The position numbers and the translations under genes were made by a program. Below, in pieces: positions 1 through 9,556 of a stretch of DNA of 64,000 nucleotides. This DNA is from Verrucomicrobiota bacterium. Lineage in GTDB: Bacteria; Verrucomicrobiota; Verrucomicrobiia; Opitutales; Cerasicoccaceae. The notes beneath the pieces are model-generated. The model searched no databases and was not told the origin of the DNA. It saw only the letters and a list, made by a program, of their open reading frames with translations. The stretch covers positions 480,001 to 544,000 of the forward strand of contig JBCBUK010000001.1 in NCBI GenBank assembly GCA_039818205.1, given 5' to 3'. Each line of letters opens with the position of its first letter. The stretch's first letter is position 1.

Positions 1-838
1 TCAGCGAAGCCGGGTTGTTATCCAAGTGCGGACGCCCCATCCGATGCTCTAGATACGCATCTTCGGCAGTCTCGAGATGATCAGAATCAAACTCTTCGAG
101 CATGATCGTTTGGCTGCCGTCTGGCGCGACCTTAATCACCCGATTGCTTATGATGCTGGTCACCCAAAGGTTGCCCTCGGTGTCTCCTGTTAGGCCGTCC
201 GGATAGGTGCCGGCTCCAAATGCCGCAATAACTTCCGGGGCACTCGCGTTACCGTCAGCGTCTAAATGGTAGCGGACCAACTGGCGTCCGAAGGTAGCGT
301 TAACATAGAGCTCAGTGCCTTCGGGATTAACCCAACACTCATTCGTATATCCGATATTATCGGCGACGATTCGCGGGCCTTTCTTGTCGACAAGTACAAT
401 AAAACCATTGCTTACGTTCGAGCGATACGCGTAGGCCCGTGGCTGGACGCAGGTGCTCACCGTGATCCAGATACGCCCAAGGTAATCGAGATAAACGAAA
501 TTCGTGGGAGGCAATGCGATACCATCGACCTCCAATAGGAAGGGAGAAATTTCATTATCGCGAGTTAGCCGAAAGACGCCGCCCTGCTCCTGTCCAAGAT
601 GAGCAATCAAGAAACTACCATCTTTGAGCAATGCGAAACCGTTGGTCTGCAAAACTCCCACCTCTTCGCAGCAGCCACCATAAAACTGCTGCGTGCCGTC
701 AGGTTTGATGACACTGACACCGCCGCGAAAATCGGAAACAAAGATCTCTCCTCGCTCATTGGCCAAGACACACTCGGGGCGAACCAAATCTTGCCCCAGG
801 CATCGGATTGGTTCATTAAAGCGATTGAGCTGGCTCAT
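1..838 (-). CDS. SMP-30/gluconolactonase/LRE-family protein (3' end runs off the window; absent from the ORF track)
   Basis: ATG at 838 overlaps the upstream stop (ATGA). Manual translation MSQLNRFNEPIRCLGQDLVRPECVL...QTNGFALL...PPTNFVYLD...GYTNEC...YPDGLTGDTEGNLWVTS stays open to base 1 and carries the RPE, N and PDG motifs of SMP-30 propellers. Confidence 0.8.
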   Translation of the reverse strand, partial: MSQLNRFNEPIRCLGQDLVRPECVLANERGEIFVSDFRGGVSVIKPDGTQQFYGGCCEEVGVLQTNGFALLKDGSFLIAHLGQEQGGVFRLTRDNEISPFLLEVDGIALPPTNFVYLDYLGRIWITVSTCVQPRAYAYRSNVSNGFIVLVDKKGPRIVADNIGYTNECWVNPEGTELYVNATFGRQLVRYHLDADGNASAPEVIAAFGAGTYPDGLTGDTEGNLWVTSIISNRVIKVAPDGSQTIMLEEFDSDHLETAEDAYLEHRMGRPHLDNNPASL

Positions 839-1866
839 AGGGAAACTACGCATCGTTGCTCGTGAGACCTATAGACGGACTCTTCAATCAGGATATTCTT
901 CAGATAGTCCGTCGCCTGGTTTTCCAATTCGGTGTTTTCGAGGAAATGACTTACCACATGGCGAGTTAACAGATAAACACAGTCGCCACCAAACCCGTTA
1001 TCCTGCCAGGCATAGTCAACCAGCTGTTCGTCATTCTCTCCAAACTGGCGGAGCCAAATCCGTGCTTCTCCATCGAGACGAATAGTGCCTTGCGTTCCCT
1101 CAAGCCACATCTCACCCATCGTTCGGCGACGATTCGAGGCGGCATGATCCAGGCATCGGTTTCCATCAAACACTCCCTGTGCACCGCTCTCGAACTCAAA
1201 CACGATAAGCCCGCTGTCTTCACCCGCGATCGCCGGATTGCACTTTCGAAGACGCGCACTCACGGAGTTCATTTCACCGAGCAGATAGCGAAAGACATCG
1301 ATCATGTGGATGGCTGTTTCGTGCACGAGAAAACGCGGCATCGTCTGAAAATATGGCTGTCGATCCAAGTATGCCTGGTCCCCTTGTCCATCACCGGGGC
1401 GCAAGCGATAAGAAATATTCAACACCTCACCAATAGCACCTTTCGAATGCATCTCGGCAATTTTTCGATACCATGGCATGAAGCGAAAATTCTCATGAAC
1501 GACAATTTTCTGCCCGGCCTCGTGCGCCACATCGACCAGCCGTTGGGCCTGCTCACGATTCTCCGTAAATGGCTTCTGGCAGATAACGTCCTTACCCATC
1601 TCAAGAGCCTGCGTAACCAGCGCGACGTGGGTGGTCGGTGGCGTGATCACATCCACCAAATCAAACGCCAGCTCACTCAACTGACTCAAATCCGTCGCCC
1701 AATGATCAATATCCAGGGAGGATGCTAACTGCTTGGCCTTTTCGAGGTCTTGGTCGACAACGCAAACGAGCTGAACCGCAAACTCCTGCTCTAATCGCTT
1801 CCACGCTGCGTAATGAAACTGCGCGAAATAACCTGCCCCCACACATACGACTCTCAATTGGTTCAT
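835..1866 (-). CDS. Gfo/Idh/MocA-family NAD(P)-dependent sugar dehydrogenase
   Basis: Rossmann VGAGYFA, CQKP motif, HENFRF, ETAIHMID; overlaps both neighbours by 4 nt. Confidence 0.9.
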   Translation of the reverse strand: MNQLRVVCVGAGYFAQFHYAAWKRLEQEFAVQLVCVVDQDLEKAKQLASSLDIDHWATDLSQLSELAFDLVDVITPPTTHVALVTQALEMGKDVICQKPFTENREQAQRLVDVAHEAGQKIVVHENFRFMPWYRKIAEMHSKGAIGEVLNISYRLRPGDGQGDQAYLDRQPYFQTMPRFLVHETAIHMIDVFRYLLGEMNSVSARLRKCNPAIAGEDSGLIVFEFESGAQGVFDGNRCLDHAASNRRRTMGEMWLEGTQGTIRLDGEARIWLRQFGENDEQLVDYAWQDNGFGGDCVYLLTRHVVSHFLENTELENQATDYLKNILIEESVYRSHEQRCVVSL

Positions 1867-3410
1867 GATGCTTCTCCCCCGCTCGATCCATTACCCATAA
1901 GCCGATTCTTGAGCGATCCAAGCACCTTCTTCGCCCACGGCGTCTGCTGTAGAACCAATATGATAATGGCGATGAAGAAAAGGACCGCAACCGGGCGCTC
2001 AAACATTGGCCAAGGATTGCCTTCTGTTGTGAGCAAGGCACGGCGCAGATTCTCGTCCGCCATTGGGCCAAGGATCAACCCAATCACCAAAGGCGATATT
2101 GGGTAATTCATCGAGATCATCGCGTAGGCCAAAATGCCAATTGGTAGCATCAACATCAGGTTGAAAACGCTAAGTCCTAAAGCGTATGACCCCAAAACGC
2201 AGAGCAATGCAATCACCGGCATGAAGAGTGCAGCTGGGATCTGAAGGAGTTTTACCACTTGTTTCGCCAGAAACAGACCATTGCCAAACATTGCCAAGGA
2301 CGCCAGGACCATAACTGCCGTGACTTCCATCAGAAACTCCGGCTTTTCCACCGCAAGGGTTGGCCCGGGGTTCACGCCGTGGAGCATCAGCGCGCCCAAG
2401 AGCATTGCCGCGGGAGCGCTTCCGGGAATACCAAGCGTTAGCAACGGGATCAAAGCACCGCCAATACAGGCATTGTTAGCCGTCTCGGCCGCAATCAAGC
2501 CTGACTCATTGCCCTCGCCAAATGGCGGTTCCTCGCCCTTCTTTTCATCTTTTGCTTTCGAGGCACCATAGGAAACCCAGCCCGCGATGTCCTCGCCAAT
2601 ACCAGGTACTGATCCGATACCCACACCAATCATTGCGGACCGCAGGATCGTTTTCGCCCGACGAAAGATCGCTTTCACCTCTGGAATAATCCGACCAAAC
2701 TGTCGGGCTTTTGCCAGAGCCTGCTTCTCGGAAAGCACTTTGATAATTTGCGGAATGCCAAACGCACCAATCAGCACCGGAACGATGTCCAAGCCACTAT
2801 CGAGTTCAGGATAGCTGAACGTAAACCGTGGAAAAAACTGCAACGGGTCGCGGCCAACCATTGCCAAAAACAAGCCAATGAATCCCGCGATCCACCCTTT
2901 GATTGCGTTCCCTTGGCTCGTAAGTGTGCCGCTAATCAGGATACCAAAAATGGCCAGTAGAAAGAACTCAAACGATGTAAACTGAAGCGCAATCGACGCG
3001 ATCAAGGGGGCCAGCAAGACCAAGATCAGCAGGCCAAAAATCGTTCCAATCATCGAGGCCGTTGTCGTCAGCCCCAACGCCTTTCCGCCTTCACCACGAC
3101 AAGCCATCGGGTAGCCTTCGACCGCTGACGCAGCTGCCGCGGCCGTGCCCGGAATATTGATCAAGATACTTGGGTATGAGCCACCGTAAATGGCTCCAAC
3201 GTAGAGGCCCAGCAACGCTAACAAGGCCGAACTCACGTCGAGCCCATAGGTAAGGGTCGTCAAAAGAGCGACTCCAAGGGTAGCCGTCAACCCGGGCAAT
3301 GCCCCAAAGAGAATCCCAAGAAAGCTCGCCCCGATCACAATCAGGATATTTACCGGGTTGCTAACGATCTCCCACAGGATCTGAAAGAACAAGCTGAACT
3401 GTTCAATCAT
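1863..3410 (-). CDS. tctA: Tripartite tricarboxylate transporter large permease TctA
   Basis: GALPGLTAT, YGGSYPSILINIPGT, AAETANNA, IPLLTLGIPGS; many TM helices. Confidence 0.93.
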   Translation of the reverse strand: MIEQFSLFFQILWEIVSNPVNILIVIGASFLGILFGALPGLTATLGVALLTTLTYGLDVSSALLALLGLYVGAIYGGSYPSILINIPGTAAAAASAVEGYPMACRGEGGKALGLTTTASMIGTIFGLLILVLLAPLIASIALQFTSFEFFLLAIFGILISGTLTSQGNAIKGWIAGFIGLFLAMVGRDPLQFFPRFTFSYPELDSGLDIVPVLIGAFGIPQIIKVLSEKQALAKARQFGRIIPEVKAIFRRAKTILRSAMIGVGIGSVPGIGEDIAGWVSYGASKAKDEKKGEEPPFGEGNESGLIAAETANNACIGGALIPLLTLGIPGSAPAAMLLGALMLHGVNPGPTLAVEKPEFLMEVTAVMVLASLAMFGNGLFLAKQVVKLLQIPAALFMPVIALLCVLGSYALGLSVFNLMLMLPIGILAYAMISMNYPISPLVIGLILGPMADENLRRALLTTEGNPWPMFERPVAVLFFIAIIILVLQQTPWAKKVLGSLKNRLMGNGSSGGEAS

Positions 3411-3434
3411 TGATTCCCCTCCGCTGCTGCTGGA

Positions 3435-4190
3435 TTAACCATGGCGTATTCCAAAATAGATCCAATCGATGATGAGTAGTATGCTCCCTTCCGCCGGCAT
3501 GGGAACCAACAGGAGAAACTTAAAAATTAGCACGACAATGAACGGTATTAACACCGTCGCCCACAGCAATTGCCTGCGCTGCCGCTGCAGCCCCTGGCCT
3601 TGCAAATAGATCCAGACCTGAGCCCATCCAAAAGCAAGAATTGGTAAAACCAATGTGTCTGCGGCGAGCACGCGACGCGATTCCTCATCGAAAGCACCCA
3701 CAACGTTGATCGCTAACGCCCATAGCGACGCCCCACCGATCAGCCAAAACATTAGTTTACCGACGGCTCCCGCCTCGGGTACAAAAAACCTAAATGATAG
3801 ACAGATGAGGAACAGCCAACTCGCGACCAGAAAGTCGACATTTGGAATCAAGCAAAGAACATAAGCCGCCAGCAACGCGATGATCTGGACCACCGACCAC
3901 TGCGTTTCTGTGAAGCGTTTCACGGTCCAAAAATCTACCTTACCGATTGCCGACCATCCAAGAGCAGCGCCCGCCTTCCCCATCAAGAATAGGCTAAGGA
4001 TCAACAAGACCAATCCAATGAACAAGGGCATCAGGGCCGGAGATACATACCAGGCGTTATCCACGCCACCGTATGCACCCGTCAACGGATACTGGGCGCC
4101 CTGGATGAGTACGTATACCGAAAACAGGCTGAGGATCAGCCCTGAGATAAAGTCTTTTCGTGGAGATTGTTGGTCGGATGATTCAGCCAT
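3435..4190 (-). CDS. TctB-like small membrane subunit (unusually long, 251 aa)
   Basis: Hydrophobic, lies between tctA and tctC; SPALMP after TM1 and C-terminal FKFLLLVPMP resemble TctB. Confidence 0.7.
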   Translation of the reverse strand: MAESSDQQSPRKDFISGLILSLFSVYVLIQGAQYPLTGAYGGVDNAWYVSPALMPLFIGLVLLILSLFLMGKAGAALGWSAIGKVDFWTVKRFTETQWSVVQIIALLAAYVLCLIPNVDFLVASWLFLICLSFRFFVPEAGAVGKLMFWLIGGASLWALAINVVGAFDEESRRVLAADTLVLPILAFGWAQVWIYLQGQGLQRQRRQLLWATVLIPFIVVLIFKFLLLVPMPAEGSILLIIDWIYFGIRHG

Positions 4191-4202
4191 GGCGGCGGCC
4201 TA

Positions 4203-5261
4203 TTAATTCGGCGGATTAATACCGAGGGTATCGGGGTGGCGACGGGTGACTCCCAATTCATGAAGGGTCCAGGCAAACAGCGACTCTAGCTTAGCGAAGC
4301 CCTCTTTCGCTTCCTCACCGGACGCTCCAGATAAAACAAAGTAATTATCCTTAGCCCATCGCTGTAGCCGCTCACTTTGCAGCGCGTCTTTAAATGCACG
4401 GTCAAGCGCGTCTTTGACTGCAGGATCAGCGTCGTCCCTAATTGCGAAACCAATCACTTGAGTTATTGGCAGGTATTGCTTCAAGCTCGGATAAGCTTTG
4501 AGCGCTGACGGCACATCGCCAATGTCCGGGTCGCTAAAATCATCGTCGCCCAACATTGCCAATGGCCGCAATTGGCCACCTTTAATTAGCTGCTGCTGCT
4601 CGGCCAGAGAGGTGATGACGAGGTCCACCTCCTTGGTAACAGCGGCTGTCTGCGCCGGCGCCGATCCCGGATAAGGAACAAAACGCATGTCGATACCCGT
4701 GCCTTTGAGAAATGCCAGTAGATTCAAATGGTGCAACGAACCTGAGCCGCCGGCTGCCGCCTTGATTGTGCCAGGGTTCTCCTTTGCGTAAGCAACGAGT
4801 TCTTCGAGACTGTTAATTTCAGAATCCGCACCTACGGATATGAGGTCCGTCGAACCACCAATGACAAAGGGGTGCCAGACGTCCATCTTTTGGTCCCAAC
4901 CGCCCATAACTGCAGCGGTCACACACGACTCGCTAATGCCGACCAACGTGTAACCGTCGCTCGCGCGCTGTTTAACATAATTCATCCCCAAGGAACCCGC
5001 GATACCACCAGGCTTATTTGCGACATTTACGTCGATCCCCAGAGCTTCGCCCAACTCTACAGCGACCATTCGATTAGCAACGTCGGTCCCGCCACCCGCT
5101 GACCAGACGACAACGTTAGTAATTGGACGACGTGGATAATTATTCGAACTCTCAGGCAAAGAATATGCACCGACCAATACCGCTACCACCAAGATCGCAA
5201 ACACCGCGTAGACGGGAGCTTTGCGAACCTTTGATTGGGGTTTAACTGGCGGTTGATCCAT
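4203..5261 (-). CDS. tctC: TTT substrate-binding protein (TctC/Bug family)
   Basis: YPRRPITNVVVWSAGGGTD, NKPGG, DGYTL, VPYPGSAPA motifs. Confidence 0.9.
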   Translation of the reverse strand: MDQPPVKPQSKVRKAPVYAVFAILVVAVLVGAYSLPESSNNYPRRPITNVVVWSAGGGTDVANRMVAVELGEALGIDVNVANKPGGIAGSLGMNYVKQRASDGYTLVGISESCVTAAVMGGWDQKMDVWHPFVIGGSTDLISVGADSEINSLEELVAYAKENPGTIKAAAGGSGSLHHLNLLAFLKGTGIDMRFVPYPGSAPAQTAAVTKEVDLVITSLAEQQQLIKGGQLRPLAMLGDDDFSDPDIGDVPSALKAYPSLKQYLPITQVIGFAIRDDADPAVKDALDRAFKDALQSERLQRWAKDNYFVLSGASGEEAKEGFAKLESLFAWTLHELGVTRRHPDTLGINPPN

Positions 5262-5265
5262 CTAA

Positions 5266-6393
5266 CTATTGGGTTTCAAGCGATCGGAAAATTTTATCGG
5301 AAATTTGCTCAAGGCCATCCTTGCCGCCAAACTCAATCGGCAACAATTGGTTCGACTGATAAGCAGCCAACACTGCCTGGTTAATCTGCTTCGCTGCATT
5401 AACCATACCTGCGTGTTCATGCTTCTCACCCAACCAGTCGAGCATCATCGCCGCCGACAAAAACATAGCCGTCGGATTCGCTTTGCCCTGCCCCATAATA
5501 TCTGGCGCGCTGCCGTGACAGGGCTGAAAAACTGCTAGTGAATGACCGATATCAGCAGAGGGTGCCATGCCCATCCCGCCCATGAGTCCGGCTCCGAGGT
5601 CGGAAAGAATATCGCCGAACATATTCTCAGTCACCATGACATCAAAGATCCATGGCTGGCGGACCAGCTGCAATGCTGCGGCATCCACATAAATGTGACT
5701 CGCCTTAATATCTGGGTATTCGCGGGCGACTTCGTCGAACACCTGACGGAAGAAATAAAATGACCCCAAGACGTTCGCCTTGTCTACACAGGTTACTTCG
5801 CCCGGGTACCCGAGCAGTTTGCGCCGACGAGCCGTTTGGAACGCAAAATGAAACAAACGCTCCGATCCCTTGCGGGTAATAACCTGGGTATCTTTAGCAA
5901 CCTCGGCTCCGGATTCGCCTTCCATCACGAATCGATTCCGTGATGCAAACAAGCCTTCGGTTGATTCACGGATCAGTACGAAATCAAGTTTCCGTCCGCG
6001 CTCATCCGCCAACGGTAACGGAAGATTTGGAACCGTCTTTACCGGACGGACACCAGCGAATAAGTCGAGCTCCTCGCGAAGTTCGAGCTGTGGTGCAATC
6101 TCTCGCCCGTCCGGATATCGAATCGACGGCATTCCCATGCAGGCCAAGAGAACGGCATCGGCCGCATGAGCTGCTTGGAGCGACGTCTCGGGCAGTGCAA
6201 CGCCCGTCTTCTGATAATGGGCAGCACCGGCTTCCAGAACTGAAAACTCGCACTGAGTGTTGTTCATCTGGCAGGCTTGCTCGATGAGCTTGAGGGCGAC
6301 CGGCGTCACCTCTTCACCTATCCCATCGCCGGGAAACACAGCGATACTAAAGACCTTAGACATGGATGAGCTTCCTTCGGAAAAGGATTTCAT
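5266..6393 (-). CDS. Isocitrate/isopropylmalate/tartrate dehydrogenase family (beta-decarboxylating dehydrogenase)
   Basis: [48 protein letters not shown]. Alternative start at 6363. Confidence 0.9.
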   Translation of the reverse strand: MKSFSEGSSSMSKVFSIAVFPGDGIGEEVTPVALKLIEQACQMNNTQCEFSVLEAGAAHYQKTGVALPETSLQAAHAADAVLLACMGMPSIRYPDGREIAPQLELREELDLFAGVRPVKTVPNLPLPLADERGRKLDFVLIRESTEGLFASRNRFVMEGESGAEVAKDTQVITRKGSERLFHFAFQTARRRKLLGYPGEVTCVDKANVLGSFYFFRQVFDEVAREYPDIKASHIYVDAAALQLVRQPWIFDVMVTENMFGDILSDLGAGLMGGMGMAPSADIGHSLAVFQPCHGSAPDIMGQGKANPTAMFLSAAMMLDWLGEKHEHAGMVNAAKQINQAVLAAYQSNQLLPIEFGGKDGLEQISDKIFRSLETQ

Positions 6394-7073
6394 AACTGAT
6401 TAAATCGATGTTTTTCCAGCAGCGACAGCATCGCTTCTTTACCTTTAACTCGATGAATGCGATGGATCTCAGCTGCTTTCTCAGCGTTTCCCAAACAAAT
6501 CGCATCAACAACAGCGACGTGATCGCGAGTCGAATCGGTAGGCTTGGGTCGGATGTATAAAGTGCAATAACGTGCGCGATGGGCTTGGCCCCAAAACTGC
6601 AAAACCAGGTCGAGTAATCGCTGGTTGCCTGTCAACTCGACCAACGCCAAATGAAAAGATTCATCCGAGGCGGCCCACGCTTCACGATCATCCTCCTTCA
6701 TCGCTTGCTCCATGGCCATCGTCGGCCGCGTTAGGCGTTCGATCTGGGCTGCGCTTAAATCTCGGGCAGCCAATATGCGGGCTGCTTCAGATTCCAAGGC
6801 CGTTAGCACCTGATAGATTTCCGCCATATCATTGATCGATATCGGTTTGATGCGGATGCCATGCCGAGGCTTGATGTCGACCAATCCTTCGCGCTCCAAA
6901 CGAACGCACGCTTCGCGCACCGGAGTTCGGCTGACCCCCAGTCGCTCGCCAAGCTCCTTCTCAAGGATCTGCTCTCCCGCGCTCAATACATTGTTCAAGA
7001 TGTCCTCCCGCAGCGACTGATAGGTCATCTCAGCTAACGGAACTCCCGATGTTTTCTTTATGGAAGCACTCAT
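6390..7073 (-). CDS. GntR-family (FCD) transcriptional regulator
   Basis: wHTH ELGERLGVSRTPVREA and FCD-type DESFH...GNQRL...DH...H. Confidence 0.93.
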   Translation of the reverse strand: MSASIKKTSGVPLAEMTYQSLREDILNNVLSAGEQILEKELGERLGVSRTPVREACVRLEREGLVDIKPRHGIRIKPISINDMAEIYQVLTALESEAARILAARDLSAAQIERLTRPTMAMEQAMKEDDREAWAASDESFHLALVELTGNQRLLDLVLQFWGQAHRARYCTLYIRPKPTDSTRDHVAVVDAICLGNAEKAAEIHRIHRVKGKEAMLSLLEKHRFNQL

Positions 7074-7146
7074 TTAAATGGGGGTAATGGCGAGCGAGGT
7101 CGAATATTGCAAAAATTTTAAACTAACTTATTTCCTTGAAGGCAGA

Positions 7147-7166
7147 ATACATTAGTGCATACATTA
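7147..7166. promoter_or_regulatory. Candidate GntR operator in the divergent promoter
   Basis: ATACATTA occurs at 7147-7154 and 7159-7166, overlapping near-palindromic TGCATACA, in the AT-rich gap between gntR and otnK. Confidence 0.35.
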
Positions 7167-7220
7167 ATTTATTCGCCATGTTGGCCAGATAAATCTCGGA
7201 TTTCAACCCTTTTTCGCAAA

Positions 7221-8522
7221 ATGCAGCCTCACTTCAGCAGGACGCCTATTCTAGGTTGTATTGCCGACGACTTTACCGGTGCTTCTGACCTTGCCGGCTT
7301 TATCCTAAAGAGTGGATTGCGGGTCGTGCAGGTAAATGGTGTTCCCCGTCCAGGGCAGCATTTGAGCGGGGACTACGACGCAGTGGTTATCGCACTGAAG
7401 TCTCGGACTTGCCCAATTGAAGAAGCAATTCAAGACAGCGTTAGCTCACTCAACTGGCTGAAAGGTCTTGGCTGTCAGAAATTCTATTTTAAGTATTGCT
7501 CGACCTTCGATTCCACTTCGCGAGGGAACATAGGACCGGTTGCAGAAGCGTTGATGGAGCAGCTCAATTGTCCGCAAACAATATTCTGTCCGGCGCTTCC
7601 CGTCAACGGGCGAACAGTCTACCAAGGACATCTTTTTGTTTTCGATCAGCTGCTTTCCGATAGTCCCCTGCGAAACCATCCCCTAACTCCCATGCGGGAC
7701 AGCTCGTTAATACGCCTGCTTCAAGCCCAGCTTACAGCTCCGAATCGAGAACGGGTAGCTCTGCTCGACCATGCTTCGCTGACCAATGCGCCTGTTGACG
7801 CCGATGAATACCTTAATCGTTTTGTTGTTACAGATTGTATTGACGACGCAGATCTTGAGCAGATCGCAAAGTCATTTGGATTGAAAAGCGATTGGCCCCT
7901 ACTCACCGGTGGCTCCGGACTTGGCGAATACCTTGGTCGAGAATATTTGGATGCGAATCTAATCGAGCCGAGTGCAAATGCTGGCAACATCCAACCGAAT
8001 CCCGGGCGGACCTTATTTCTAGCAGGAAGCTGCTCAGAGGCAACGCGCCAGCAAGTTGCCCGTGCCCAAGAAGCCATGCCGAGCTATGAGCTCGACGTAG
8101 CGGCACTTGCAAAAGGCCAGATTAACGCTGAAGACATTTTTAGCTGGGTCCAAGATTCTCAGAGCGAAGCCTGCCTGGTCTACAGCTCGGCAACGCCCGA
8201 TGCAGTCGCAACGAATCAAGAGCAATTTGGAGTTGGATCAATCAGCGAACTCATCGAAGAGTGTTTCACACAAGTCGCCACCCTAGCCAGACGGGCAGGA
8301 ATACTGAACCTTGTCGTCGCTGGCGGAGAGACCTCTGGAGCCATCGTTCGAGGTCTTGGCTTGTCGGAGCTCACCGTTGGCCCGAGCATCTGCCCAGGTG
8401 TACCGCTCCTCCAAGCCCCCAAAGACGACCGACTATTAGTTGCCTTAAAGTCGGGAAATTTTGGCAACCAAGACTTCTTTCTTTCAGCCCTAAACCTGAT
8501 TCGATCTCACGTAGTTTCATGA
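7221..8522 (+). CDS. otnK: 3-oxo-tetronate kinase-like four-carbon acid sugar kinase (DUF1537 family)
   Basis: IADDFTGASD, FKYCSTFDST..GNIG, VAGGETSGA, LKSGNFG. ATG 7221 preferred over the GTG at 7155. Confidence 0.85.
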   Translation: MQPHFSRTPILGCIADDFTGASDLAGFILKSGLRVVQVNGVPRPGQHLSGDYDAVVIALKSRTCPIEEAIQDSVSSLNWLKGLGCQKFYFKYCSTFDSTSRGNIGPVAEALMEQLNCPQTIFCPALPVNGRTVYQGHLFVFDQLLSDSPLRNHPLTPMRDSSLIRLLQAQLTAPNRERVALLDHASLTNAPVDADEYLNRFVVTDCIDDADLEQIAKSFGLKSDWPLLTGGSGLGEYLGREYLDANLIEPSANAGNIQPNPGRTLFLAGSCSEATRQQVARAQEAMPSYELDVAALAKGQINAEDIFSWVQDSQSEACLVYSSATPDAVATNQEQFGVGSISELIEECFTQVATLARRAGILNLVVAGGETSGAIVRGLGLSELTVGPSICPGVPLLQAPKDDRLLVALKSGNFGNQDFFLSALNLIRSHVVS

Positions 8523-9154
8523 CCGCAGAATCAGAAGCCCGCCAACAGCTCGTAACGATCGGTAAATCACTGTTCGATCGCGGACTGACGCCCGGTGCCT
8601 CGGCCAACATCAGTATCCGCATTGCCGAAGGCTTTTTGATGACACCAACCGGATCATGCTTGGGCTTCCTCGAAGCCGATCGCCTATCGTTACTTGATCC
8701 ATCCGGCAACTGGATGAGCGGGGACAAACCATCGAAGGAATTCATTCTTCATCAAGCGATTTACGACCAGAGACCCGATGATCACGCGGTCGTCCACCTT
8801 CACAGTACTTGGAGCACTGCGCTTTCCTGTTTGGCAAACCTCAACCCAGAAGATGTCATTCCGCCGCTAACTCCCTACCTCATAATGCGGCTGGGGCGAA
8901 TCGTCCTTGTCCCCTATTTTGCTCCCGGCTCCCAGGAGCTCGCTGCTGCCGTTCGGGAAAAGGCCGGCGAGCACGCCGGAATATTGATGGCCAACCACGG
9001 GCCCATTGTTGCCGGAAAAGACCTGACTACCGCAATGTACAATATCGAGGAATTTGAAGAAAGTGCCAAATTGATGCTGCTACTCAAGGACAGAAAAACG
9101 CGACAGCTGTCCGATCAAGAATACCAGGAACTGTTGACCCGATACGCAAAATAA
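8519..9154 (+). CDS. otnC: 3-oxo-tetronate 4-phosphate decarboxylase-like class II aldolase
   Basis: TPGASANIS, TPTGSCLG, SGDKPSKE, VVHLHST, ANHGP; ATG 8519 overlaps the otnK stop (ATGA). Confidence 0.85.
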   Translation: MTAESEARQQLVTIGKSLFDRGLTPGASANISIRIAEGFLMTPTGSCLGFLEADRLSLLDPSGNWMSGDKPSKEFILHQAIYDQRPDDHAVVHLHSTWSTALSCLANLNPEDVIPPLTPYLIMRLGRIVLVPYFAPGSQELAAAVREKAGEHAGILMANHGPIVAGKDLTTAMYNIEEFEESAKLMLLLKDRKTRQLSDQEYQELLTRYAK

Positions 9155-9164
9155 AAGGAATACC

Positions 9165-9452
9165 ATGTACGTGATAACCGTAGAATTTATGATTAAGCCC
9201 GATCGGCTTGATGCATTTATCGATGCGATCCAAGAGAATGCGACGACTTCGCTGCAGATAGAAGATGGTTGCCATGGCTTTGATGTGTGCCAAAGCGAAG
9301 CTGACCCCAATCGAATATTCTTGTACGAATTGTATACCGAAAAAGAAGCCTTTGAGGCCCACTTGGAATCCGAACACTTTCGTGAGTTTAATGACCTCTC
9401 CTCTGAATGGGTTGAGAGCAAGAAAGTTGATTCCTGGGTGTGGAATGCCTAA
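9165..9452 (+). CDS. ABM-family dimeric alpha-beta barrel protein (LsrG-like)
   Basis: 95 aa, EDGCHGFDV, FLYELY, AFEAHLESEHF; AAGGA RBS upstream. Confidence 0.8.
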   Translation: MYVITVEFMIKPDRLDAFIDAIQENATTSLQIEDGCHGFDVCQSEADPNRIFLYELYTEKEAFEAHLESEHFREFNDLSSEWVESKKVDSWVWNA

Positions 9453-9556
9453 CCCTTGGCAAGATCTTGCAAGTAAACCCAACGATTAGCCTTTCGATTT
9501 GAAAGACTCCTTTCTGAACAAAACTGGAGGAAGCGGAATGCGCGTATCAGCACCCC

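Noticed and set aside
266..1085. Short plus-strand ORFs in the track (266-538, 599-865, 693-1085)
   Set aside because: Antisense shadows of the SMP-30 and Gfo genes on the minus strand.
835..1866. apsD (D-apiose dehydrogenase) symbol
   Set aside because: Only family-level resemblance; apionate oxidoisomerase and downstream genes are not seen.
5266..6393. leuB call
   Set aside because: No leu genes nearby; catabolic context with TTT and GntR; substrate cannot be assigned.
8261..8518. N-terminal extension of the aldolase ORF in the track
   Set aside because: Overlaps otnK; the ATGA-coupled start at 8519 fits the family length. Similar over-extensions were trimmed at 7155, 10480, 18782, 21801, 35823 and 47238.
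9459..9470. Palindrome GCAAGATCTTGC after the ABM gene
   Set aside because: No loop or U-tract; single occurrence; not supportable as a terminator.
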